64,000 nucleotides of DNA, taken from NCBI GenBank assembly GCA_965116495.1, contig OZ220696.1, positions 3,200,001 to 3,264,000 on the forward strand. Reading direction: 5' to 3'. Each line of letters begins with the position of its first letter. Position 1 is the stretch's first letter. Origin of the DNA: Gammaproteobacteria bacterium (GTDB taxonomy: Bacteria; Pseudomonadota; Gammaproteobacteria; Eutrophobiales; Eutrophobiaceae). A program made the position numbers and the translations under genes. A model generated the notes under the pieces. It was not told the origin of the DNA. It saw nothing but the letters and a program-made list of their open reading frames with translations, and did not search any database. This document shows, piece after piece, positions 55,092-64,000 of this stretch.

Positions 55092-56435
55092 GTGCCTGTG
55101 ATTAAGTCAAGACCTGACTGGCCGTTTCCGGTCGAACGTTCGCCCATATTTTACGGCTGGGTGATCTGGCTTGTGTCTTCTGTTGGTTTTGTCATGTCCA
55201 TACCGGGGCAAACCATGGGCATGGCCGTGTTCACCGACCACTTCATCGAGGCATTCGGTTTATCGCGCACGGAACTCTCCATCGCGTATTTACTGGGTAC
55301 GCTCGGCAGCTCCTTGTTCCTGACCCGCGCCGGGCGGTTCTACGATGAAACAGGCGCCAGGGTGTCCATGGTCGCCTCGAGCATCGCGCTTGGCCTGTTC
55401 GTCAGCTACATTGCCTGCATCGATCATGTTGCCCGATACCTGAGCCATACCACTGAAATTTCGCCGGCAGCCGTTACCTTCCCGCTGATCCTGCTGGGTT
55501 ATTTCGGGGTGCGCTTTGCCGGGCAAGGCGTGCTCACCAGTTCTTCCAGGAACGTGCTGCTGGTCTGGTTTGAAAAAAGGCGCGGCCTGGTAGTCGGCGC
55601 GCGCAGTGTTTTTATCACCCTGGGGTTTTCGCTGGCGCCGCCGTTCCTGGCGTTGCTCATCAGCCATTTTGGCTGGCGCGACGCCTTGTTTGTCCTGGCC
55701 GTTATCGTCGGCGTGATGTTCAGCCTGACGGCGCTGGTTTTTATCAGGGACACCCCCGAATCCTGTGGCCTGTTACCCGACGGAAAGGACCCGGAGAACG
55801 GTGACGGGATGCCCGCGATAACAGGTCAAACGCTGGCCCAGGCAAGGAAAAGCCCGGTATTCTGGATCTATGCGCTGGCCCTCACCTTTTACTCGATGTT
55901 CGGAACGGCGTTCATTTTTCATATTGTCGCGATATTCGCCGAGGCCGGCAGGAGTCCGGCGGAAGCATTCGCCTACTTTTTTCCGCTCGCACTGGTATCG
56001 GTAAGCGCCAACCTGGGCAGCAGCTGGTTATCCGACAGGACCAGACTCAAGAACCTGCTGGTGGTAAAACTCATGGCATTTATCCTGGGGGCCTGGGGCC
56101 TGCTGCATTTGCAGCAACAGTCAGGATACTGGACCATGGTCGCCGGTTTCGGTGTCTGTGGCGGTATCTGGGCCGCCATTTCAAACCTGGCTTATATTCG
56201 CTTTTTCGGCCGTCAGCACCTGGGGCAGATCAGCGGCCTGAGCATGTCCCTGATTGTATTCGGCAGCGCCGTAGGCCCGGCCCTGTTCAGCGTTGGTTAT
56301 GATGAGTTCGGCACCTTCCACACGACGGTGTGGCTGAGCCTTGCCGTTTTGGTTGCGTTGCTGATTGCCGCCGTCATCATCCCGCAGGACGAGCCAATCC
56401 CCCCGGTTCAGGGACCGCCCGGCGGACTTCCCTGA
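55092..56435 (+). CDS. MFS transporter
   Basis: FYGW...SIPGQT, WFEKRRG, FFGRQHLG, about 12 TM segments. Confidence 0.9.
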   Translation: MPVIKSRPDWPFPVERSPIFYGWVIWLVSSVGFVMSIPGQTMGMAVFTDHFIEAFGLSRTELSIAYLLGTLGSSLFLTRAGRFYDETGARVSMVASSIALGLFVSYIACIDHVARYLSHTTEISPAAVTFPLILLGYFGVRFAGQGVLTSSSRNVLLVWFEKRRGLVVGARSVFITLGFSLAPPFLALLISHFGWRDALFVLAVIVGVMFSLTALVFIRDTPESCGLLPDGKDPENGDGMPAITGQTLAQARKSPVFWIYALALTFYSMFGTAFIFHIVAIFAEAGRSPAEAFAYFFPLALVSVSANLGSSWLSDRTRLKNLLVVKLMAFILGAWGLLHLQQQSGYWTMVAGFGVCGGIWAAISNLAYIRFFGRQHLGQISGLSMSLIVFGSAVGPALFSVGYDEFGTFHTTVWLSLAVLVALLIAAVIIPQDEPIPPVQGPPGGLP

Positions 56436-56499
56436 GAGCTTTGGCGCGTGCCGGTCACACGCCGGAGCAACACTCGGGAAGGCAACAAATAAGGCGCGG

Positions 56500-57165
56500 T
56501 TATTGCTCGACCAGGACTGTCAGCGCAAAGGCGAGGGTGCCCTCGCCATCTACCCGCACCTGGTAATCCTCTACGAATATCTTGCCGGCGATCTTCAGCT
56601 CCGGGTCCACAACGAACACCCCGGGATGCGGGATGCCGTACGCCAGATCTCCCGGTTCATACTGCTCGTTCAGGACGCCCAGGGTGAGGATGGTTTCGGC
56701 ATCAATATCCGAGAGCAGCGGATAGGTAATGGCAGCGGCATCGATGAACACCTGCTGCAACTCCGGCGCGTCGTAGGTAATTGCAACAATGCCGATACCC
56801 GCCTCTTCGAAGTCCGCTGTCTGTTCCTGCAACTGCACGAGTTGCCTCCGGCAATAGGGTCACCAGTCAGCCGAGCGCACCGCGATGAAGACTGCCCCGC
56901 GTTCACCCATGAACTGGTCGATACCGGTGATTTCCCGGCCCTGGTAGAGTGCCCGGATGGCGGGAAACCGGGCGCCAACCGGCAGCCCCGGGCTGAACGT
57001 ATCCGGATCTTCGGCAACGAACATCCCGCTGGTAACAGTATCTGCAAGGAGTCCGGCAACCTTGCCGCCGAACAGTTCGGTGGGCGGGCTATCCAGCACG
57101 ACAGCCGCGATGGGCAGGCCCAGGATAATCACGACTGTTGCAAAACCTTTAAGGAACTTTTTCAA
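56500..57165 (-). CDS. AhpC/TSA (peroxiredoxin-like) selenoprotein with UxxC motif and N-terminal membrane anchor
   Basis: ORFs 57165-56860 and 56838-56500 are in one frame. Reading TGA (56862-56860) as Sec gives RSADW-U-PYCRRQLVQL, followed by the thioredoxin-fold IPHPG. Confidence 0.85.
56829..56845 (-). promoter_or_regulatory. Candidate bacterial SECIS hairpin
   Basis: GCAACU-CGUGC-AGUUGC stem-loop beginning 14 nt 3' of the UGA, G at loop position 2. Confidence 0.55.
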
Positions 57166-57419
57166 TATTTACACCCCTGAGCCAATCCCGGGACCGGTAA
57201 ACATCCTGGTGACGGACAGGCAGCTATAATGATAAAAGTCGTTCACAATTTTGTACCCATTGCCGGACATGTCGACGGTTTTCAAAATCAAAGCCCCCCT
57301 CGTGCGCAACCCTAGTGTAAGCCAGCAGTGCAATATCAGCAATAGTAAGTATTAGTATTTATTCTCTGACCCCGAATATCAATAGACGGGAGTTAGTAAG
57401 ATGGGCATGGGTAACCTTA

Positions 57420-58298
57420 TTAGTATTTTGGTTTCAGTGTTACATCGAAACCATCGTTCCCACCCTGGCAATTTGGACACCTGCGATGATGGACATCGCA
57501 TCCATTCGCTCCATATGTATGTTTACAGTCTTTACACTCCATTTCCCAAATGTTCTGCCCTGAAAAGTTGGGAGATGGCTGTGTCGTTTTTCTGATTAAG
57601 ACCTGTCCGTTAGGGTTTGAATCGCCCTCATTCATTATCGACCTCCGCTGTTTGCTTTCTGGTAGTGGCTCATCTGGTCCACGAATCACTAAACATGGTC
57701 TATTGAGTAATGACAAATCATCCGTCAGGCCTGATTGCAACAAAGCAGCGCCAATTAATGAGCGCGGATTAGAACAAGTGATGGCATTGTGAACTTCTGG
57801 ATCAGGCAGATAGCTATAAAACTGATTAACAGCAAGCTTAGCATCGCCAGTGTGGGTATCGGTCTTTGACCTGCTGGTTACGAATGCTTCCCAGAGAAAG
57901 AGACCTGCGTTTGATTGCACGAAGGATGACCACGTGAAATGAACCGGGACGTCGGTCATAATTTTGCGCTGAATTCGGGTTAGTATCCAAAGAGTTTCCG
58001 ATAACCCTATTGCGAGTGATATTGCGCCAGCTTGAGCGCTCCATGCACGATTGCCTTCGCCTTCGCGGGCGCATGAGAGGAGTTCTGGCTTGCACGACAC
58101 AGGAATAAAGAGCGGACACTCGAAACCAAGAGCCACAGGATGATTTGAATTGAGATCATCGGTAATCCTATCAGCGAAGCCACTAATATCCTGACCTGCT
58201 TCGGGTGTTGGCGATTCAACGCAATTCAGACGAGCCCACCCGAAATTATTTTTTACTACGGAGCCGATGTCTGCACAATAGATTACGAGAGAAGACAT
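57420..58298 (-). CDS. RNase H-like (DUF429-like) predicted nuclease fused to a C-terminal zinc ribbon
   Basis: YCADIGS...FGWA, LGFECPLF, LWEAF, HTGDA, then CKDC...YGANG...CPNC. AT-rich. Confidence 0.6.
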   Translation of the reverse strand: MSSLVIYCADIGSVVKNNFGWARLNCVESPTPEAGQDISGFADRITDDLNSNHPVALGFECPLFIPVSCKPELLSCAREGEGNRAWSAQAGAISLAIGLSETLWILTRIQRKIMTDVPVHFTWSSFVQSNAGLFLWEAFVTSRSKTDTHTGDAKLAVNQFYSYLPDPEVHNAITCSNPRSLIGAALLQSGLTDDLSLLNRPCLVIRGPDEPLPESKQRRSIMNEGDSNPNGQVLIRKTTQPSPNFSGQNIWEMECKDCKHTYGANGCDVHHRRCPNCQGGNDGFDVTLKPKY

Positions 58299-58674
58299 TT
58301 AACTTGAACTTTGTTGATGTGGGCCAATCCCATCATCAGGTCGTGTTTCGTGGTACAAAACTTTTTCAATCAATATGCAAAAATATAAGGGGAACATAAC
58401 GTTATGAAGGTGGATTGTACAGCAAAATGATCTGTATCTGATTTGGAACGAAATGATGGCCGAGACGCAGAACCACCGATGTGGCAGACAGTTGCCTCCA
58501 GCCGGGTAAAATTCACACTCTGTGGAACTGTGAACGGTATCGGGAATGAACATGACTTGGTTCACCGTGATAAACTATGCTGGCCTTATGGTGGGGCGTG
58601 ACTTACGCTGAATACGCAAGAATGATAGTTCTGTTTGACATAACTGCTTTTGCATTCTCAGAATGGGACGAGCT

Positions 58675-59148
58675 ATGAGAAAATTAACACTAATATTAAT
58701 TTTGGTGCCTGGACTGGTTTCCGCAAAAAATATTTCTGTTTGTGGAGGGTTAGAAGGAAAGTCGTATTTCCCTAATTATGGAATGCTTGCCAAATTAAAC
58801 GAAGCAGAAACAGGTTGGCATGACGATCGCATAGGTGAGGGAAAAACTACAGTCACTAAGATTGGCGACGAATTCAATATTTTGTTTTCAGATGTTTCCG
58901 GCGCCCTAACCTCCGCTAAGGACGGTGGGGCGCAAATATTCCCTCTCCCTCTGATGACAGGCAAAGATACTTTTTCCATCATGGTAATTTGGCCTAGGGG
59001 ACCAGCAGTAGAAACTTATAATTTTTGGAAAGATAACGATGGACAATACAAATTCAGTTTAAGCCAAGTTAAGGGCGGATTAATTCATAAACAATCTCTT
59101 CTGGTTGGTAGTTGTACATATATGGATTTCAGTTGGATAGAAGAGTAA
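58675..59148 (+). CDS. Exported hypothetical protein
   Basis: MRKLTLILILVPGLVSA leader, two terminal Cys, AT-rich. Confidence 0.7.
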   Translation: MRKLTLILILVPGLVSAKNISVCGGLEGKSYFPNYGMLAKLNEAETGWHDDRIGEGKTTVTKIGDEFNILFSDVSGALTSAKDGGAQIFPLPLMTGKDTFSIMVIWPRGPAVETYNFWKDNDGQYKFSLSQVKGGLIHKQSLLVGSCTYMDFSWIEE

Positions 59149-59274
59149 TGGTAACAATGACGAATAGAGATACATCATTGGATCGTAGCGGATACCGAAT
59201 AATTCGCTAATGGTGTCGGGGAACCCCCCATCTGCCGGATCAATACGTATTCAGTTAGGAGCTACCAAAACTGA

Positions 59275-59562
59275 TCAGGCAACATACGCCCATGCCTTGA
59301 ATTGTTCCTGTAAGTCAGGATCATCCTTGAAGGCAAGATAAAACAGGTATTCTGACGCCAAATCCAACTCATCAAACCAAACCACGGTATTATTCTTGAC
59401 TTGGAAATTCCTGAAATGTGACTTTTCTTTCAGCTTGGAGAAAATAGGTCTGTTATCGTTAAAGATCGTTTGTTGAAGGTCTGCCGTGCCGGTTTTACCA
59501 TTGTTGAAAACCAGATGTAGAGTGTAATCACCGGAATACTCTGCCAGCTCAACCTCAAGCAT
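59275..59562 (-). CDS. DUF2442 family protein (orphan antitoxin-like)
   Basis: AEYSGDYTLHLVFNNG...IFSKLK...TVVW..LDLASEYLF. Confidence 0.8.
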   Translation of the reverse strand: MLEVELAEYSGDYTLHLVFNNGKTGTADLQQTIFNDNRPIFSKLKEKSHFRNFQVKNNTVVWFDELDLASEYLFYLAFKDDPDLQEQFKAWAYVA

Positions 59563-59632
59563 TGTGGCCTCTATACATCACTCAAAATGTCAATACCAAG
59601 GTGTATCGGGTACTGGACGGCGTTTCCTTATC

Positions 59633-60016
59633 TTATTTACAAAACCAGAACTCCATCTCCACCGTTGCATTGATGGGCAGGGCGTTGACGCCGACGGCCG
59701 TGCGCGCCGGGAGGCGCCTGTCTGCACTGATAACGGCTTCCCAGGACTTGTTGATCTCCGGGAACTGGTCGAAGCGGGTTGTGTAGATGCTCACGCTGTA
59801 CAGGTCATCCAGGGACAGGCCGAAATCCGGCAGGGCTTCCAGCAGGTTATTCAGGATTTTTGCGGTTTCCGCTCCGGCGCCGCCCGGTTCCAGCTGGCCG
59901 GTGTCCTTGTCCAGGGCAATCATCCCGGCGGTTTTGTAAAACGGCCCTGATTTGACCAGCGGGCTGTAACGGAACCGGGGTGCCGGCAGGTTTTCGGAGC
60001 TGAGTGATTCAATCAT
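59633..60016 (-). CDS. RidA family imine deaminase
   Basis: YSPLVKSG, INKSW, PARTAVGVNALP...VEME with catalytic Arg. Confidence 0.9.
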   Translation of the reverse strand: MIESLSSENLPAPRFRYSPLVKSGPFYKTAGMIALDKDTGQLEPGGAGAETAKILNNLLEALPDFGLSLDDLYSVSIYTTRFDQFPEINKSWEAVISADRRLPARTAVGVNALPINATVEMEFWFCK

Positions 60017-60114
60017 GGTGTGTCAACCTCGTGTTTGCATGTCTACAGGGGATTTGGACCATCCCTGGCGATTTAACCGTTGTCCTGCCATAGTGAGCAG
60101 TTCCCGGTGCCTGG

Positions 60115-61176
60115 TCAGCCCGCCACGGCTTGCGCGGCAGGCTCCTGGAAGCGCGGCATGACCTCACGCGCAAACAGTTCCATGCTGCGCATGGCCTTTT
60201 CATGGGCCAGTTTGCCGAACCAGTTGAAAATGATGATATGCTCAAGGCCGCCCTCCTTGTTCAGCCATTCGATCTTGTCGGTAACCGAGTCGGGTGTGCC
60301 GAAAATGCCCAGCTTGCCGTAGATCTCATCGAACGGAACGGTTTCGAAGTATTCCAGGATCTCGGTGTAGTTGGCAAACTGTTCCGCCACCTTGGCCTTG
60401 TCCCGTTCCCCCCATATTTTCGCCGCGGTGCGCACGTACCATAGAACGTGGTCCCTGATATCAGCTTTTACCTGTGCGTCGCTTTCTCCCACGTAAATGA
60501 ATTCGTTGTGGGCCATTTGCAAATCAGTTCGCCCGGCTTCATTCAATAATCTGTACCAGACATCAAAATACGAGGTCTTCAGGATTTCATGGGGGCACAG
60601 GTAAGGACCAATCAAGCCGTTGATGCCGCGGTCTATGATCTTTTTTACCGTGTAGTCGCTGATTGCCGCCTGCCAGATCGGCGGATGTGGCCTGGTATAG
60701 GGTTTCGGCAGGACGGAGAGTTCCGGGAATTGCCAGTACTCACCGTCATAGGAAAAGCTTTCTTCGGTCCAGGCCCGGCGGATGATGTCCAGCGCTTCGC
60801 TGAAACGTTGTTCCGCCTCGTGCAGGGTCAGGTTGAAACCGGCGAATTCCTTGGGCTGGTTGCCGCGCCCCACGCCCATGTCCACGCGGCCCCGGCCCAG
60901 GTGGTCCAGCGTTGCCCAGTCTTCCGCCACCCGCAACGGGTGCTGGAAGGGCAGAACGACAACAGCGGTACTGATCCTGATCCGGGAGGTGTTGGCCAGC
61001 GCGTGGCCGGCGATGGCCGGGACGGACGGTCGACCGTAAGGGCTGAAATGGTGCTCGGTAAGCCACACTGTGTCATAGCCCAGTTCTTCGGCAAAACGGA
61101 TCTGCTCGGTGATGTTTTCATAGGGTTCCGGCATCCCGTCCAATACCTGTGGAACCAGGATTATGCTGAATTTCAC
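60115..61176 (-). CDS. LLM class flavin-dependent monooxygenase
   Basis: WLTEHHF, HPLRVAED.ATLD, GVGRG, PKP..RPHPP, FAREVMP. Confidence 0.93.
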   Translation of the reverse strand: MKFSIILVPQVLDGMPEPYENITEQIRFAEELGYDTVWLTEHHFSPYGRPSVPAIAGHALANTSRIRISTAVVVLPFQHPLRVAEDWATLDHLGRGRVDMGVGRGNQPKEFAGFNLTLHEAEQRFSEALDIIRRAWTEESFSYDGEYWQFPELSVLPKPYTRPHPPIWQAAISDYTVKKIIDRGINGLIGPYLCPHEILKTSYFDVWYRLLNEAGRTDLQMAHNEFIYVGESDAQVKADIRDHVLWYVRTAAKIWGERDKAKVAEQFANYTEILEYFETVPFDEIYGKLGIFGTPDSVTDKIEWLNKEGGLEHIIIFNWFGKLAHEKAMRSMELFAREVMPRFQEPAAQAVAG

Positions 61177-61229
61177 GTTTATCCCTCCCGCGCCAGGGGT
61201 TCTCTCAACATGATAACGGCAGGAACGGA

Positions 61230-62081
61230 TTATGCAATCATCTCGATAACAGCCTGGAACAGCGGGCTTTCCGGGTTGGCCAATTCACCGATGATGGAGA
61301 AGTGATCGTGTCCTGCAACCTCCAGGTGGGTGACGGGGTAACCTGCCTGTTCGTATCGCTCGGCATAACTGCCGGTCTGACGCCGGAACTCGGCGGATTC
61401 GTTCGCCCCGCAGGCGATGATGACAGGAGTGGGTTGCCGGGACAGGTGATGGATCGGGCTGTAGCGTCTGGCGGATTCCAGGTCCAGCCGCAGTTTTTCA
61501 TTGGGTTCGCATTCAAGCAGCGGTTCCAGGTCGTACAGTCCGCTGATGGCGCAGGCGCCCGTTACCACGTCCACGGGGAGGCCGTACCTGTCCGGCCAGT
61601 CATCACTTATAAGCTCTGCCGTCAGGTGCCCGCCGGCGGAATTGCCGCTGACGTAAATCCGCCCAGGGTCACAACCGTAGTCCGCGCAATGTCCATACAG
61701 CCATTTAACAGCATTACGCACGTCCGCGACGACTTCAGCCATGGTCACGTTCGGAACCAGCCGGTAGTTAATGGGCACCCAGGCTATGCCGCGGGGGATG
61801 AATTCCTTCGCCGGGAAACGCCGTGGGTCCTTGCTGTTGAAGAACCAGTAACCGCCGTGGATAAAGATCAACACGGGCGCCTTGCCGGTACCGGGAGTGA
61901 AGATATCCAGCGTCTGGCGCGGACCGGCAGGGCCATAGGGCACGTCCAGTTCACCGGGCATGGACCGCACCAGTTCCTCGCTGAGTTCCTCGTACCGGCG
62001 CACATGATCGCCCATGCCTGGCGTCAGGTCGGTCAGATACTGACGGCGCAGTTCTTCCAGTGGATAATGTTGCCAATTCAT
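61230..62081 (-). CDS. Arylformamidase-like alpha/beta hydrolase
   Basis: FIHGGYW, GNSAGGHL, ISGLYDLEP, ESAEF, DHFSI. Confidence 0.88.
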   Translation of the reverse strand: MNWQHYPLEELRRQYLTDLTPGMGDHVRRYEELSEELVRSMPGELDVPYGPAGPRQTLDIFTPGTGKAPVLIFIHGGYWFFNSKDPRRFPAKEFIPRGIAWVPINYRLVPNVTMAEVVADVRNAVKWLYGHCADYGCDPGRIYVSGNSAGGHLTAELISDDWPDRYGLPVDVVTGACAISGLYDLEPLLECEPNEKLRLDLESARRYSPIHHLSRQPTPVIIACGANESAEFRRQTGSYAERYEQAGYPVTHLEVAGHDHFSIIGELANPESPLFQAVIEMIA

Positions 62082-62229
62082 TCTGATCCGCAATGAAACA
62101 TTCAATCGTATTTAACCTTTACGGTTTCTTTTGTAACTATATGATTCTGTAGGTTAATTAAGTAGTAAAAAAAGCCTTTTATTTTTATTTTTTCGTGATA
62201 CTATCAGTTAAGTAGCAGTAAGACCAGAA

Positions 62230-62257
62230 TTAGCCCACTAAGTGTTAGCCCACTAAG
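62230..62257. repeat. Tandem 13-bp direct repeat at a GC transition
   Basis: TTAGCCCACTAAG twice, 15-bp period. Confidence 0.7.
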
Positions 62258-62487
62258 CTGTTTTGTTAAACTTAATCTCAAAAAGGCTGTTGTGTGTTGC
62301 CCGGACAAACAAGAATCTTTCTGGTGAAATCCACCATGAATTTGGTAAGGAAACGCCTATCGTCACCGAAGTTTATTGAAATTGTTTGGATAGCCCAATA
62401 CATGATTATAAGGTGGCAGGATAATAGAGGCTGTAGGTGTCATTTCCTGGTTGACGTAATACATAAGTAATTTGGGTCAAATAAATT

Positions 62488-63258
62488 ATGCATCAGCGCC
62501 GTCGCTATAAAAATCCTCCCATAGAAGAAGCGATCTGTGAATTTCGCTTTAGCCCGGGCCAGGACTGGGATTTAACAATTCCTGGAAAACTCCACACTGA
62601 ATTGAGCGACGAATATGCAGGTAAGCCACGACAGCAAAAGCTCGTGGAGGTTGGATTAGAAACCCAAGGTGGAAAACCGCCGAATCTGCGTTATGGTGAA
62701 GGTCTTGCAAAGGTCCAGCTAGTTACAGAAGATAATACGAGAATGATCGGGATTGGTCCAGATGTCCTTAGCATTCATTTACTACGCCCCTATCAAAGAA
62801 CTATTGATTCTGACTACGTTGGTTGGGATGAATTCTATCCAAGAATTATAAGGGCTATTGAAGCGTATTGGAAAGTATCTAAACCAATTGGCGTGACTCG
62901 AATTGGTATTAGATATATAAATAAAATCGTAATTCCGCAGATTATGGTACGGGTTGAGGACTATTTTAAATGTGCCTTGCCGAATGTAAGTGGGTTACCT
63001 GATCAACTGAACGGATTTATGAGCCGTGCTGAATACGCTTATGAGGATAATATACTTCTGGTCTTGTCACAGGGTTCGATCGAGGCACCACCAAACAATA
63101 TAGGTTTTCTTCTTGATCTTGATGTCATTTGGCAGGATGCTGACCCAGTATCACAAGAAGATGCTTTGACTAAAGTCAGGGAATTGCGTGAACGTGAAAG
63201 AGTAGCATTCGAAACCGTGATTACAGACAAATCAAGGGAGTTTTTTGATGCAACTTAG
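62488..63258 (+). CDS. TIGR04255 family protein
   Basis: YKNPPIEEAICEFRF, Y..WDEF, RIGIRYINKI, FLLDLDV, FE..IT. Confidence 0.85.
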   Translation: MHQRRRYKNPPIEEAICEFRFSPGQDWDLTIPGKLHTELSDEYAGKPRQQKLVEVGLETQGGKPPNLRYGEGLAKVQLVTEDNTRMIGIGPDVLSIHLLRPYQRTIDSDYVGWDEFYPRIIRAIEAYWKVSKPIGVTRIGIRYINKIVIPQIMVRVEDYFKCALPNVSGLPDQLNGFMSRAEYAYEDNILLVLSQGSIEAPPNNIGFLLDLDVIWQDADPVSQEDALTKVRELRERERVAFETVITDKSREFFDAT

Positions 63259-63976
63259 TGAAAATCATTCGCCTCAATTTGACACGGCCTCAGTTTATAA
63301 TTCCAAAGGTAATTTTACGTTGGATCAATCCGGTTCGTCCGATGATATTCCATTCCAGCTAACAGTGGGAAAAGGTTCGCTTGCATTCTCTCCAGACGCC
63401 GTATTAGTGCAAAAAAGAATGATGAAGCACGCTATAGAACTGCTCTCTTATGAGGCATACAAAAGATTAGTTAACTCGCCATTGGTTATAAATATGTTTC
63501 CGATGTTTGTCGATATAGCTGGATTTGAGACAACAATAGACCGACAGACACTCGTCGATGATAGGGAACGAGTGCAGCTTCAAAATAGACTGCTGGCATC
63601 CTTCGAAGCTGAACCGCTCGAGGATGGTATGGATCACCCAGCTGAACAAATCATCAGAAATGAGTTAGAAAATAGTGAAAATCAAAATGTTCTCGACTTG
63701 TTCAGAGCTTTCTCTTTGGATGTCGCACATCCAAGCTTTGCAGCCTCAGTTCTACGATGCTTGGGACGCCAGGCACATTTAGGGACGATTTCATGGCGAA
63801 CAGGTTTAGTACGCGATGCACTAAGATTGAGTGATGTAGAAATCAGGGATGCCGCAATACAAGCTACAGAATTATGGGGTTATGATGAAATGCGCAGTGT
63901 TCTGCAGGAGCATTCCGAACCGGAACTGTGGCTTCGAGACTATATTAGCGATGTCTTAGCCGATTTGGGTGACTAG
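63245..63976 (+). CDS. Hypothetical protein with C-terminal HEAT-like helical domain
   Basis: Overlaps the TIGR04255 stop. Low-complexity N-terminus, then EDGMDHP...DVEIRDAAIQATELW...EPELWLRDY. Confidence 0.75.
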   Translation: MMQLSENHSPQFDTASVYNSKGNFTLDQSGSSDDIPFQLTVGKGSLAFSPDAVLVQKRMMKHAIELLSYEAYKRLVNSPLVINMFPMFVDIAGFETTIDRQTLVDDRERVQLQNRLLASFEAEPLEDGMDHPAEQIIRNELENSENQNVLDLFRAFSLDVAHPSFAASVLRCLGRQAHLGTISWRTGLVRDALRLSDVEIRDAAIQATELWGYDEMRSVLQEHSEPELWLRDYISDVLADLGD

Positions 63977-64000
63977 CTGTATGTACCTGGCAAGGAAGAT
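63969..64000 (+). CDS. Start of a probable third gene of the module (partial)
   Basis: GTG at 63969 overlaps the previous stop. Open to the window end as (M)TSCMYLARK. Confidence 0.35.
   Translation, partial: MTSCMYLARK

Noticed and set aside
57420-59562. Integron cassette array
   Set aside because: The genes point in mixed directions, and no attC-like RYYYAAC...GTTRRRY sites or integrase were recognised
1-64000. CRISPR array, tRNA, rRNA
   Set aside because: No regularly spaced repeat-spacer units, cloverleaf or rRNA-like stretch was recognised by eye. The repeats seen are palindromic or two to three copies only.

Overview
A GC-rich proteobacterial (probably gammaproteobacterial) chromosomal segment. 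It is dominated by catabolic operons for unidentified small molecules: two TonB-dependent receptor + GPH/MelB-type permease loci, six alpha/beta hydrolases, two luciferase-like monooxygenases, Rid proteins, amidohydrolases, CoA ligase, tandem CoA transferase, acyl-CoA dehydrogenase and a UbiD-family enzyme. One TetR-containing operon encodes a minimal PEP-synthase-like protein (ATP-grasp + phospho-His domain only). Two recurring operator-like motifs seem to tie these operons into two regulons: TTATC-N4-GATAA just after a -35 box, and paired T(T/A)CATAT-N4-GAA boxes spaced 21 bp apart. From about 41.7 kb the region is a mosaic. It holds a GNAT and a VapBC toxin-antitoxin pair, a decayed type II secretion cluster, IS scars and a repeated 116-bp GGTCCGACCCC-ended element. 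It also holds a truncated Rhs gene with a probable zinc-peptidase toxin tip plus exported immunity gene, a UGA-recoded (selenocysteine) AhpC/TSA-like protein, an RNase H-like/zinc-ribbon fusion, and a TIGR04255-led low-GC module running off the right edge. No rRNA, tRNA or CRISPR array was recognised. All calls come from reading motifs by eye, without database searches.
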